NCBI GenBank assembly: GCA_964106645.2
Contig: OZ067047.1
Length of the DNA stretch: 64,000 nt
Source: Podarcis pityusensis
Lineage: Eukaryota
Strand: one strand, 5' to 3'
Shown: positions 50,621-60,600 of the stretch, piece by piece
Numbering within the stretch: position 1 is the first letter of the stretch
How the letters are laid out: each line of letters opens with the position of its first letter
Made by a program: the position numbers and the translations under genes
Notes under the pieces: model-generated
Database searches by the model: none
The model's input: only the letters and a program-made list of their open reading frames with translations
What the model was told of the DNA's origin: nothing

Positions 50621-53600
50621 AGTTCCAGTCCTGCCCGGGAGGTCGCATTCATAGTCCTCAAGGTATGCCGGCGGCCTACGTGTGCGTTGTGGCCTGGGGT
50701 GTTCCCTGGTCCGGGCTCCGGGTTCTGGCTCGTGTTCCAAGGATGCTGGCTGTGATGCGGCTGTTTGGTCTGGTGCAACCGGCTCGCTCAGTCGTGGTTC
50801 TGGTTCCGGTGTCCTTTCGGCCTCACGGGTCCTCTCTGTATTTACTGATTCTGCCTCTCCTGCTGGCCCCTCCTGCTCTATGGGCCTCACTGCCCCGCTG
50901 TTCCCTTGGGACTCCTCTGACCTGTCCTCCTCCTGGTTTTCTCCCGGGAATCGTCGCCGTATCTGGTCGCAGTGGCGGCGCCAGCATTGCCCCCCATCCG
51001 TTAGCACCTCGTACGACACGGGGCCAGTGACCCTGGTGATTGTGGCGGGTACCCATGCTGGGCCTGCCCCAAAATTCTTTGCGTACACTGGGTCCTGGGC
51101 CTCGAAGGTCCGGGGGTTCCTGCCTTCCCCCACCACTACCTCATCCTGAGCTCTATCGGGGTGAAGGCGGTCCAATCTGATTGCAAGGCGCCGACCCATT
51201 AGTAGTTCAGCGGGGCTCCGGCCAGTCGTTGAGCTGGGGGTGCTGTGCTGTGCTAGAAGGAATGTGGCAAGGCGGTACTCCCAGTCCCCTTGCGTCATGC
51301 GGCGAAGGGTGTCCTTGGTGGTCCGCACCATGCGTTCTGCTTGGCCATTGGTGGCAGGGTGGAACGGCGCCGAACGGATGTGGCGGATGGCGTTCTGCGC
51401 TGTGAAGGTTTGGAATTCTCCTGACGTAAATGCAGTCCCGTTGTCTGAGACGAGAGTGTCAGGGAGCCCGTGGGTTGCAAACAGCCTGCGTAGTACCCGG
51501 ATGGCTGCGGACGTGGAAGTGGACGGTACCAGTGCGACTTCCAGCCATTTGGTGTAGGAGTCCACCACTATGAAGAATGTTTTCCCCTGAAAGGGGCCAG
51601 CAAAATCCACATGCAGGCGTGACCATGGTGCTCGGGCGGACTCCCAGGACTGGACTGGGGCCCTTGGGGGGTCTGGGCGGGATTCTTGGCAGGCCTGGCA
51701 GTGTTTGACCCAGGCCTCTATCTCTCCATCGATCCCCGGCCACCACACATAACTCCTGGCAAGGGCCTTCATTCTTACTACCCCTGGATGTGTCTCGTGT
51801 AGGGCTGTGAGGACCCTTTTGCAGAGGGGCTGGGGAACAACGACTCTGCTTCCCCATAACAGGCACCCCTTGTGGGCCGACAGTTCATGTTTGCGGGTTG
51901 TGTAGCCGGCGAATTCTGGCCCGGGGCTGCTGCTGGGCCATCCCCTCCACACCCAGTCCAGGACCCGGGAGATGACCCTATCTTTCTTGGAATGGTGTGC
52001 AACTTCTTGTGCCTGAATGGGGCGGTCGGGAAGCAGCTCCAGGCTCATAACCTCTTGTGCAGGTGCTGGGTCAGGGCCTGTTTCCGGTAGTGGTAGCCTG
52101 CTGAGGGCGTCCGCATGGCCCATCGCCTTCCCAGGTCGGTGAATCAGTGCATACTGGTAGCTGGCAAGGAAAATTGACCACCTGAGGACGCGAGGAGACA
52201 GCACTTGGGGGGTCTGCTTTTCGGGGGCAAACAAGCCAAGCAACGGCTTGTGGTCAGTCACCACGGTGAAGGGCCGCCCGTACAAGAAATCATGGAATTT
52301 TTTTACTCCCTTTACGATTGCCAGACCCTCCTTGTCGATTTGCGAGTAGTTCCGCTCGGTTGTGTTGAGTGTCTGGGAAAAGTACGCCACCGGTACCTCT
52401 CTTCCATCCGGGAGTTGGTGCCCCAGGACAGCTCCAATGCCATAGGGTGAGGCGTCGCATGCTAGCACCACCGGCAGCCTCTCGTCGAAGTGTGCCAAGA
52501 CCGAGTTTGAGACAAGCAAGTCCTTGACTGCCTGGAATGCGGCCTCCTGGCGCTGGCCCCACACCCAAGGGGCCCGCTTGTCCAGGAGTCTATGTAGGGG
52601 CTCCGCTACCGCCGCCTTGTGGGGAAGGAAGGAATGGTAAAAGTTCAATAGTCCCAAGAAGGCCTGAAGTTCAGTCTTGCTCTTGGGCGCTGGGGCATCA
52701 CAAATGGCCCGTACCTTGTCCCCAGTCGGGTGGACCCCTTCTGCGTCCACCATAAATCCCAGAAAGTCCACCTGAGGCACTCCTAGTAGACATTTTTCCC
52801 GCTTCACCTTGAGACCCGCCGTCTGGAAACGGTGCAGAACGGTGCGGAGGCGGTCCTCAAACTCCTCTGGTGTGGGGCCGGCAATCAACACATCATCGAA
52901 GAAGGGGGTGACGCCAGGAATCCCTTTAAGGAGAGAGTCCATTATATTCTGGAATATGCCTGGTGCCACGCTGACACCGAATTGCAGCCGCTTTACCCTG
53001 AACGCTCCTCTGTGCGTCACAATCGTCTGTGCCTCTGCTGTGGCCTCATCTACTGGCAGCTGTTGATATGCTTGGGCCAAGTCCAGCTTGCCAAAAATTT
53101 TCGACCCAGCCAGGGTGGCAAGGACATGGCTGACCACTGGCACTGGGTATGCGTGGGCCGTGAGGGCCTTGTTTATGGTACATTTGTAGTCTGCGCAGAT
53201 GCGGACCGAACCATTAGGCTTGACGGGTGTGACGATTGGGGTTTCCCAGGGAGCATTAGGCACCGGCTCCAGCACTCCTTGCTCTACGAGTCGGTCCAAT
53301 TCCTCGTCTATACGGGGTTTCAAGGCGAACGGGACCCGGCGGGCCTTGAGCCTGACCGGTCGTACTGCGGGGTCAAGCTGTAGCGCAATGGGGGGGCCCG
53401 TATACTGTCCCAATTTCCCATCGAAAACCCCTGGAAATTCCTTGCATATGGCGTCCACGTCCACTTGTAAGCTAGTGTGGTTCACCCCGGTGACAGCTAG
53501 CCCCAGTGGTCCAAACCATGCCAATCCCAGTAAGCTAATGTAGGGGCCCTTGACCACAAGCAAGTCCAGTTGCCGCGTCCGCCCTCGGTATTGCACCCTG

Positions 53601-54694
53601 AAGGTCCCCACCCCCATTGTGGGGACCTTACGTTTCTGGAAGTCCCGGAGGGTGAATGGGGCCGGCCTGAGTTTGGGACCCCCAGTGGGACACAGTTTCC
53701 TTAAGGTCCTTGCCGAGATTATGGATAGAGTTGAACCCGTGTCAAGCTCCATGCGGCATGGGGCCCCCTCTATCTGTACCTCTACATAAATTTTCTCTAC
53801 GTTGGGGTGGGGCAACTGGTATACCTGGAAGTCCGTGAGCTCCGTCGAGTTGCCTTGGTGCGTTGGGCCCCGGGACCTGGGGCTCTTGGATTGGTCATCT
53901 GATGCCTGGTGTCGGGTGGGCCGAGCCCGACACACCCGGGCGATGTGTCCCGATTTTCTGCACTGCCTGCACTCTGCGTTGCGGAAACGGCAGGTCCTCC
54001 TCTCGTGACTCTCCCCGCAGCTTGCGCAGTTCCCTCCTTCTCGTCGAGGCAGCTGTGGTCTGTGCGCTGCTTGAGTGCGCTGCTGTACTCGGTGCACCTC
54101 CTCCCTGTCGGATCCTGAGTCGTCGGTGAGGTCTTCATGGTGGACCCTCGGTTGGGATGGCAGGCTCGGCCGTGCCTCTTGGGTCGACCTCTCGGCAGCT
54201 TCTGTTGCCAGGGCCTCCTCCAGAGCGACCTGGAACGTTAGGTCCTTCTTAGCGTAGAGGCGTCGTTGCAGCTTCTCATCCTTCAGGCCACCGACGAGGC
54301 GGTCACGAAGCATGTTCTCCAGCTCTGAGAAGTTGCAGAACCGGGCGGCTTGGCGGAGAGAGGTCACAAACCCAGTTATGGTTTCCCCAGGGGCTTGCCG
54401 CTTTGCGTAGAAGGCATTTCGACGAGCCACCACTGAGGGCTGCGGCGAAAAGTGCCCCTTCAGCTGTTCCATTATTGTTTTGTATGGAACAGTAGCGACG
54501 TCTTCAGGCGCAAGGAGAGCCCGGGCGATTTCAAACGTCTCCTCTCTGCAGACGCTGAAGAATATCGCCCTCTTCTTGGCGTCTTCTTCGTCGGTGACCC
54601 CTTTGGCTTCTAGGAGGAAGGTGAAACGGGAGGCGTACGCTTCCCAGTCTCCAGATGCTGGGTTGAATGGCGAGAAGCTGCTGTTGGCTGCCAT
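50618..54694 (-). CDS. Gag-Pol polyprotein, single ORF of 1358 aa (gag with two Zn knuckles, aspartic protease, RT, RNase H, integrase)
   Basis: Knuckles CASCGESHERRTC and CRQCRKSGHIARVC; protease LDTGS; RT RICADY, KLDLAQAYQQL, RLQFGV, FFDD; RNase H DASPYGIGA, TDHKPL; integrase HETH..CQAC, VDF, SDNG, GQAER; C-terminal RTRRPPAYLEDY. The PR-RT-RH-IN order is Gypsy-type. Confidence 0.97.
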   Translation of the reverse strand: MAANSSFSPFNPASGDWEAYASRFTFLLEAKGVTDEEDAKKRAIFFSVCREETFEIARALLAPEDVATVPYKTIMEQLKGHFSPQPSVVARRNAFYAKRQAPGETITGFVTSLRQAARFCNFSELENMLRDRLVGGLKDEKLQRRLYAKKDLTFQVALEEALATEAAERSTQEARPSLPSQPRVHHEDLTDDSGSDREEVHRVQQRTQAAHRPQLPRREGGNCASCGESHERRTCRFRNAECRQCRKSGHIARVCRARPTRHQASDDQSKSPRSRGPTHQGNSTELTDFQVYQLPHPNVEKIYVEVQIEGAPCRMELDTGSTLSIISARTLRKLCPTGGPKLRPAPFTLRDFQKRKVPTMGVGTFRVQYRGRTRQLDLLVVKGPYISLLGLAWFGPLGLAVTGVNHTSLQVDVDAICKEFPGVFDGKLGQYTGPPIALQLDPAVRPVRLKARRVPFALKPRIDEELDRLVEQGVLEPVPNAPWETPIVTPVKPNGSVRICADYKCTINKALTAHAYPVPVVSHVLATLAGSKIFGKLDLAQAYQQLPVDEATAEAQTIVTHRGAFRVKRLQFGVSVAPGIFQNIMDSLLKGIPGVTPFFDDVLIAGPTPEEFEDRLRTVLHRFQTAGLKVKREKCLLGVPQVDFLGFMVDAEGVHPTGDKVRAICDAPAPKSKTELQAFLGLLNFYHSFLPHKAAVAEPLHRLLDKRAPWVWGQRQEAAFQAVKDLLVSNSVLAHFDERLPVVLACDASPYGIGAVLGHQLPDGREVPVAYFSQTLNTTERNYSQIDKEGLAIVKGVKKFHDFLYGRPFTVVTDHKPLLGLFAPEKQTPQVLSPRVLRWSIFLASYQYALIHRPGKAMGHADALSRLPLPETGPDPAPAQEVMSLELLPDRPIQAQEVAHHSKKDRVISRVLDWVWRGWPSSSPGPEFAGYTTRKHELSAHKGCLLWGSRVVVPQPLCKRVLTALHETHPGVVRMKALARSYVWWPGIDGEIEAWVKHCQACQESRPDPPRAPVQSWESARAPWSRLHVDFAGPFQGKTFFIVVDSYTKWLEVALVPSTSTSAAIRVLRRLFATHGLPDTLVSDNGTAFTSGEFQTFTAQNAIRHIRSAPFHPATNGQAERMVRTTKDTLRRMTQGDWEYRLATFLLAQHSTPSSTTGRSPAELLMGRRLAIRLDRLHPDRAQDEVVVGEGRNPRTFEAQDPVYAKNFGAGPAWVPATITRVTGPVSYEVLTDGGQCWRRHCDQIRRRFPGENQEEDRSEESQGNSGAVRPIEQEGPAGEAESVNTERTREAERTPEPEPRLSEPVAPDQTAASQPASLEHEPEPGARTREHPRPQRTRRPPAYLEDYECDLPGRTGT

Positions 54695-54800
54695 TCTGAG
54701 TTCCTTGTGCCCCGGAGCTGAAGCCTGGATACACGGTGCGAGGCAGCGGTGCGGCAGTTGGCGGTGCTGCGGTGCTGTGTGTGGCAGTCAGCTCAGCGGG

Positions 54801-54818
54801 ATCCCACCTTCGTCGCCA
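54801..54818 (-). other. Primer binding site complementary to the 3' end of tRNA-Ser(GCT)
   Basis: Minus strand TGGCGACGAAGGTGGGAT, 1 nt after the LTR CA; the plus strand ATCCCACCTTCGTCGCCA matches my recollection of the vertebrate tRNA-Ser(GCT) 3' end plus CCA. Confidence 0.85.
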
Positions 54819-54819
54819 G

Positions 54820-55189
54820 TGAAATATACTCAGAGTCGCAAAGTGATTTCATGCTCTTTATTCAGCTCATAGTGGTGAGGAGGAATGAATAAATGTCCCC
54901 TCACAGTATCTGCTTTATATACATTATTTACACAATGGGCTGCACATGATTGGCTAATTCTGGAATTCTACTGTAAGCCAATCAGGTTGTGGATTCACTT
55001 CTATCTGGAGCAGGATTGGGTGGTTCCTGCCAACCAATCATACTGCTGCATTGTTCTAGGACCAATCAGACTGCTGCATTCTGAATCCTATTGTTCTAGG
55101 ACCAATCAGACTGCTGCCTTTTGGATCCTATTGTTCTAGGACCAATCAGACTGCTACAGTTTGGATCCTATTCAACTCAGTACATAACA
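54820..55189 (-). repeat. 5' LTR of the Gypsy element
   Basis: Reads TGTTATGTAC...ATATTTCA on minus; adjacent to the PBS; matches 50238-50607. Confidence 0.95.
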
Positions 55190-55561
55190 CACATAGAGGT
55201 CAGTGGGTGGCCGTGGAGAGTGGTCCTTTGCACTCACATTATTTTCCTTGTACAAGGGTTAGAAGGCCCAAACAGAGTTCAAGAGGTTCAGAACTGCAGG
55301 GGAGATGAGAGCATCTGACCAAAGGCATCTGTCTGAACATTTCTGATAGAGAAGTCTTCAGTTCCGGAAGTGAGCTGTCTCCACCTTTCTGCGGCACTGA
55401 ATTAAATCTGTCATTTGTTATTTTGCCTCACTGATGTGCATTAAAAAAAAAAAAAAACAGCTCTGGGCTGTAATCGTCACTCTTCTAAGGCTGCAGAGTA
55501 ATTGCTGGCAGCCATGGAAACCAACTTTCCATAGTCATTTATAAACTTGACCCTCTATAAT

Positions 55562-55987
55562 GGTATGGGGTTGCTCATGCGTAAGTTGCCGCCTCTCCTG
55601 GCTATGTTGCCTTGTTAAACCTTTCTGTCTAGACAGCCCTTCAATTCGTGGCTGCCTCAGTCGCTAGCAGAATCCGTCAGTGGGCGTTTCTTAAACCTTT
55701 TCCAACATAAAAGTTGTTTGACACCCAGTCTCCTCCTACTTTCTCTGCGCGGAAGTCTTCTGCGCAGGGAGGGCGTGGGTAGCGGAGGACCAGTGCTCTC
55801 CCCGCTGGTGTCCGGTGAAGAGTCTGGGAGCCCTCTCGCCGATTCCCCCATCTGCCCCTCCTTATTCCTGGTGTTGCACTGAATTGCTTCCCCATCTGCT
55901 GAGCTGCGTCTCTCCCTGCTGGGCCCTTCTCCAGCATCATTAGAGAGCCTTCCCTCCACCTCTAGCTCCGATGTCAGTTCCCTGACA
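55562..55987 (-). mobile_element. LTR related to 32118-32576, apparently truncated at its 3' end
   Basis: Begins TGTCAGGGAACTGACATCG (compare TGTCAGGGTACTGCCATCG); shares the translated motif; left boundary uncertain. Confidence 0.65.
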
Positions 55988-57939
55988 CCCTCCTTGCCGC
56001 TTTACTACTGCGTTAAGGTCAGCTGCGGTAGGGGTGGGGGAGAGAGAGAAAGAGAGAGAGAGAGATAAATCTGGAACTGTGTTTGCAAACTGGTGGTAGG
56101 CTTGTCAGCCTAAGTAACAAAAGGCATGACCCTTCCTATCAGCCATATGGGAGACAGACAGCACAGCTATTTACATGAGTGATACAGCAGTTTTACGGCA
56201 GGAACCTTACAATGATGAGTTATCCAAAGAGTCTGATTTCTCTTCTCTCCCTGTCAGCCTGTCAATCTCCTGTAGATGTGCGGAGGGTGGCCCTTGATGA
56301 GACAGGGCCTTTACACCAGTGGTCCTTCTCAGCCTGTGGAAACTCTCCCTAAAGAGGTTTACCTGGTGTTGACATCCTCCTTTTAGCCCCAGGCCAATAC
56401 TTCTCCCAGTCATTTGACTGCCATTCTGTTTTCCTGCTGCTTGGTAGTTTGTTGTGATTGTGCTGGTGTCATGGGGAGGTTGGGGTTTTATTGTACCATC
56501 ACTTTTAATTTCTTTTTAAGATGTTTAATTTGTGTGTGATTTTATATTTGGATTGTATTTCTTGATGCAAGTCACATGAGAATATGGAATGTGTGCTGTC
56601 ATTTTTGAGGTACATGCTTCTAGGGAGAGACAAATCTGTCCCATTCAGTTTCTCTTGCTTTCTCATTTTCCCAATCTTAAATTCAGTTTACCACATTCCT
56701 GCTTCAGAGTCTGATTTAAAACAAAAAAGCAAAGCCCTCATGAAAATTTTTCAGCATTTAAGGTTGGTTCAGAAAAGGGCTTAAGGGAGCAAGGTATAGA
56801 TGGAATACACTGTAGAGCAATGAGCCCCATCTGTCTATTTTATGGCTGGGGCTTCACTTAGTAGAACAATACACAGAAGTGTGAGACCATGTCGTGCATT
56901 CTTGTCATAACTGCAGGCCCGATTGTGGAATTGACTCCATAAGAGGCCAACCAGACAATCTGCAGTGCTGATGCCATCTCCTGGGAGTGACAATCCGACT
57001 TGTGAACCTTGTCACCTAGTTTAGTTGGTCAAAAGAAGCTTCTGGGAACCCGAGGAGAGCCCTTGACTGAATAGCAGGAAGTGTCAGTGACAAGAGACTG
57101 ACAGAAGCAATTCAGTTTAATTTAATTCAATCATCCTTCTGTTGCCCTGACAAAAAAAGTCTCGGAAAAGGACATCCCCTTAGGTCTCTGTCAAGGGTGT
57201 GCAAAGCCTATCCAGGATGTGGGGGGGTCACATGCACTCATTTTGGGGTTTGATCTCCCGAGCCCATTTGTCATCCATTTCAATTCTGGGTCCGATGGCA
57301 GGTTGTTACATAGCCCGGTGGCCTCTCTGCCGTCTCGCTCCACAAAGGCCAAATGCAATTTTCTCCATTTCCTTTTGACATGACGTCTTATTAGGGTGCT
57401 TGATAAATTGAGGATGCCATCTTCCTTGCCGTTGCTCATACTCAGGGCAGCGGCAGAGAAGCCCTTCCACACAGGCAGTAGTAGCTCCCTGTTGCCGATC
57501 TGGGCACTTGCTTAGTACATAGTGGCGATAACACCCCTTGGGGTTTTTTTTGTAAATAATTACAAGCATGGGGAACCCAACTCTTACTGTGAAGGCAGCA
57601 CATGGGAGGTATATCTCTTCAGTTCCCCATCATGATTAGCACCAAGATCCTGCTCCCTGGCATAGCTAGCTGTCTGAGAGGTGGTATCTCTATTGGTGCC
57701 AGGGCAGACATTTTTTTGTAGTCGCAAACTCTCCATTCTGATCATGAGTTGGGAAAGGGTGTGTGTGAAGAGATAAGCCTCCTCTCCCCATGCACTGACT
57801 TCACAGTAGGAATCAGGCTCCCCTGCACACTTCTCGCTTGGTGCTATTGGGTGTTTAAAGTGCAGCTATATTGGGGAAAGTTCATTCTGCCCATTTGATC
57901 CCTAAATGATTTTTTCCTTCAATTATTATTATATTTTTA

Positions 57940-59731
57940 TTTTTATTTTTTTAAAATAATATTTATTGAATTTTAAAGTGTTACAAAAAGAAAAAAATTA
58001 AAAAACAGCAAATTAAAGAAATACAAAACATCACATCACAATAATAAAAAAAATAAAAAAAAATAATACAATGAATCTTCCCATAACTTATCTTTCATTT
58101 GCTTATTTCCTTGACCTCCTCACACCTCCCTTTTTTGTATTCTAGTTCAGTTAGCTATTTCAGCAAATCCTTTCCATCTTTTCCAGTTTTTGTCCTCTAT
58201 TTTATCTTAATATAATGTAACTTTACTTTCCCTCCTTCACCATTTAGCAATCTATTTTTTCTTAATCCTTTATAGCATTTCTGCTAAAACCACATTATTT
58301 CATTCCAACATCCTTCTAACATTCCTTAATTTTGCAATGTTTCTGTAAATAAACTCTAAATTTCTTCCAATCTTCTTCCACCAACTCTTCTCCCTGGTTT
58401 CGGATTCTGCCAGTCATTTCCGCCAGTTCCATGTAGTCCATCACATTCATCTGCCATTCTTCCCGGGTGGGTAGATCTTGTGTCTTCCAATACTTCGCGA
58501 TGAGTATTCTTGCTGCTGTTGTGGCATACATAAAAAAAGTTCTATCCTTTTTTGGCACCAATAGGCCAACCATGCCCAGGAGAAAGGCCTCTGGTTTCTT
58601 CAGAAAGGTATATTTAAATACCTTTTTCATTTCATTGTAAATCATCCCCCAGAATGTCTTAATCCTTGGGCACGTCCACCAAAGGTGAAAAAACGTGCCT
58701 TCAGTCTCTTTACATTTCCAACATTTCTTATCGGGCAAGTGGTATATTTTTGCAAGCTTGACTGGGGTCATGTACCACCTGTAGATCATTTTCATTATAT
58801 TCTCTCTTAGGGCATTACAAGCCGTAAACTTCATACCTGTGGTCCATAACTGTTCCCAGTCAGCCATCATAATATTATGTCCTACATCTTGTGCCCATTT
58901 AATCATAGTTGATTTCACCGTTTCATCCTGAGTATTTCATTTCAACAGCAAGTTGTACATTCTTGACAAGTTCTTAGTTTTGGGATCTAGCAGTTCTGTT
59001 TCCAATTTTGATTTTTCCACCTGGAAGCCAATTTTTTTATCCAAATTGTACGCCTCCATTATTTGGTAATAATGGAGCCAATCTCGCACTCTATTTTTTA
59101 GTTTTTCAAAACTCTGCAATTTTAATCTGTCTCCCTCTTGTTCCAAAATTTCCCAATATTTCGGCCAATTGGCCTCCATATTGAGCTTTTTCTGAGCCTT
59201 CGCTTCCATTGGTGACAGCCACCTTGGGGTTTTATTTTCAAGCAAGTCCTTATATCTTATCCAGACATTAAGCAGTGCTTTTCTGACAATATGGTTTTTA
59301 AACGCTTTGTGCTTTAATCTTATCATACAACAAATATGCATGCCACCCAAATACGTTGTTAAAACCTTCTAGGTCCAACACGTCAGTGTTTTCAGGAAGC
59401 AGCCATTCTCTCAGCCAGCAAAACGCGGCCGATTCATAATAAAGTTTAAGGTCTGGCAGGGCAAATCCACCTCTTTCTTTAGCATCGGTTAATATCTTAA
59501 ATTTTATTCTAGGCTTCTTGCCCTGCCAGACAAATCTAGAAATATCTCTCTGCCACTTCTTGAAACAATCCATTTTATCCAAAATTTGCAATGTTTGGAA
59601 CAGAAACAGCATCCTTGGCAATACATTCATTTTTATCGCAGCAATTCGGCCTAGCAATGATAACTTCAGATTTGACCATATTTCTAAATCCTTTTTCACT
59701 TCCAACCAGCATTTTTCATAGTTATCCGTAA
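57940..59731 (-). mobile_element. 5'-truncated L1-clade LINE (ORF2 C-terminus, 3' UTR, A-rich tail)
   Basis: LSLLGRIAAIKMNVLPRMLFLFQ, GGFALPDLKLYY and the CCHC motif CWKC..FFHLWWTC; AATAAA and A-rich tail near 57940-57970; 20-bp TSD CAATTATTATTATATTTTTA (57920-57939, 59732-59751). Confidence 0.93.
58316..59731 (-). pseudogene. Disrupted L1 ORF2 fragment
   Basis: Three consecutive ORF pieces separated by a frameshift near 59340 and an in-frame TGA (probably from TGG) at ~58937. Confidence 0.88.
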
Positions 59732-60419
59732 CAATTATTATTATATTTTTAGCCTGTCCTTCCTCCAAGGAGCTGAGGGTGGAAGACACAGATCTCTCAC
59801 ACCCCCCAACGTAATCCTCCCAGTCATAACAACCCTGTTAGGTATAAGGCTACCTTCCACCAAGGAGGATCACAACATGTAGCTCAATATGGCATACATC
59901 AGGGGTGGGAGCCCCAGGCCTGGCGGCCTGATATTGCCCCTTCCAGAGGCAGATTTAGGGATGTGCGACTGATTTGCCTACACTGGGCACTGAGCCAAGA
60001 GGGAGCCACAGGAGGCACTGCAACAACAATGTAGAATGGAAGGCAAGAGGTGGGGGGCACGGAATTTTGGTGTCTCACAGGGCGCTGCTGAAATTTGAAA
60101 GCCCCAAGTTTGCCACTGCCTGCTCCCAGGTCTTTCTTTCTGGCCCAATACTAGTCCCAGACTTCAGCCTGTCTTAAAGAAGCACATCCTTGGGAGTCAC
60201 TTACAAATAATATCTCTTCAGGGCTTTTTTATCCACATAGCCTTCAACTGAGTTTTGTTCCTTGCTTTATGCCAGGTTGTTACACCAGAGCAACTATAGG
60301 CAAACTTTTACTGTTGAGGGACACATTTCCTTGGGTAAAATCTGTCAGGAATTTCACACTGGCAGTAGGTGTGTCCAGAGCCAAAAATAGGTGTGGTAAC
60401 CTTTTCTTTGTCTTGCTGT

Positions 60420-60600
60420 CTCTTTCTGCCACTCCTTATTCTCTCTCTCTCTCTGACTGCCCTTTCCACCCCCTCTCACCCTTCCTTTCCTCTCTCTCTC
60501 TGACACCCCTTTCTCTCTCTCTTAGACAGCCCCCTTTCCTTTCTTTTCCTTTCCTTTCCCTTCCCTCTCTATCTCCCTTCCTCCCTGCTCTTCCCTTCTC
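60420..60600. repeat. Polypyrimidine/polypurine low-complexity tract
   Basis: About 180 bp almost entirely C/T on plus. Confidence 0.85.

Larger units (their letters stand above)
50238..55189 (-). mobile_element. Full-length Ty3/Gypsy LTR retrotransposon (Mag-like), very recent insertion
   Basis: Two 370-bp direct repeats (50238-50607, 54820-55189) with TG...CA termini; 5-bp TSD CACAT (50233-50237, 55190-55194); PBS, PPT and an intact gag-PR-RT-RH-IN ORF. Confidence 0.97.

Noticed and set aside
50539-54872. Many overlapping and antisense ORFs within the Gypsy element
   Set aside because: Expected shadows of a GC-rich coding strand; no recognisable domains.
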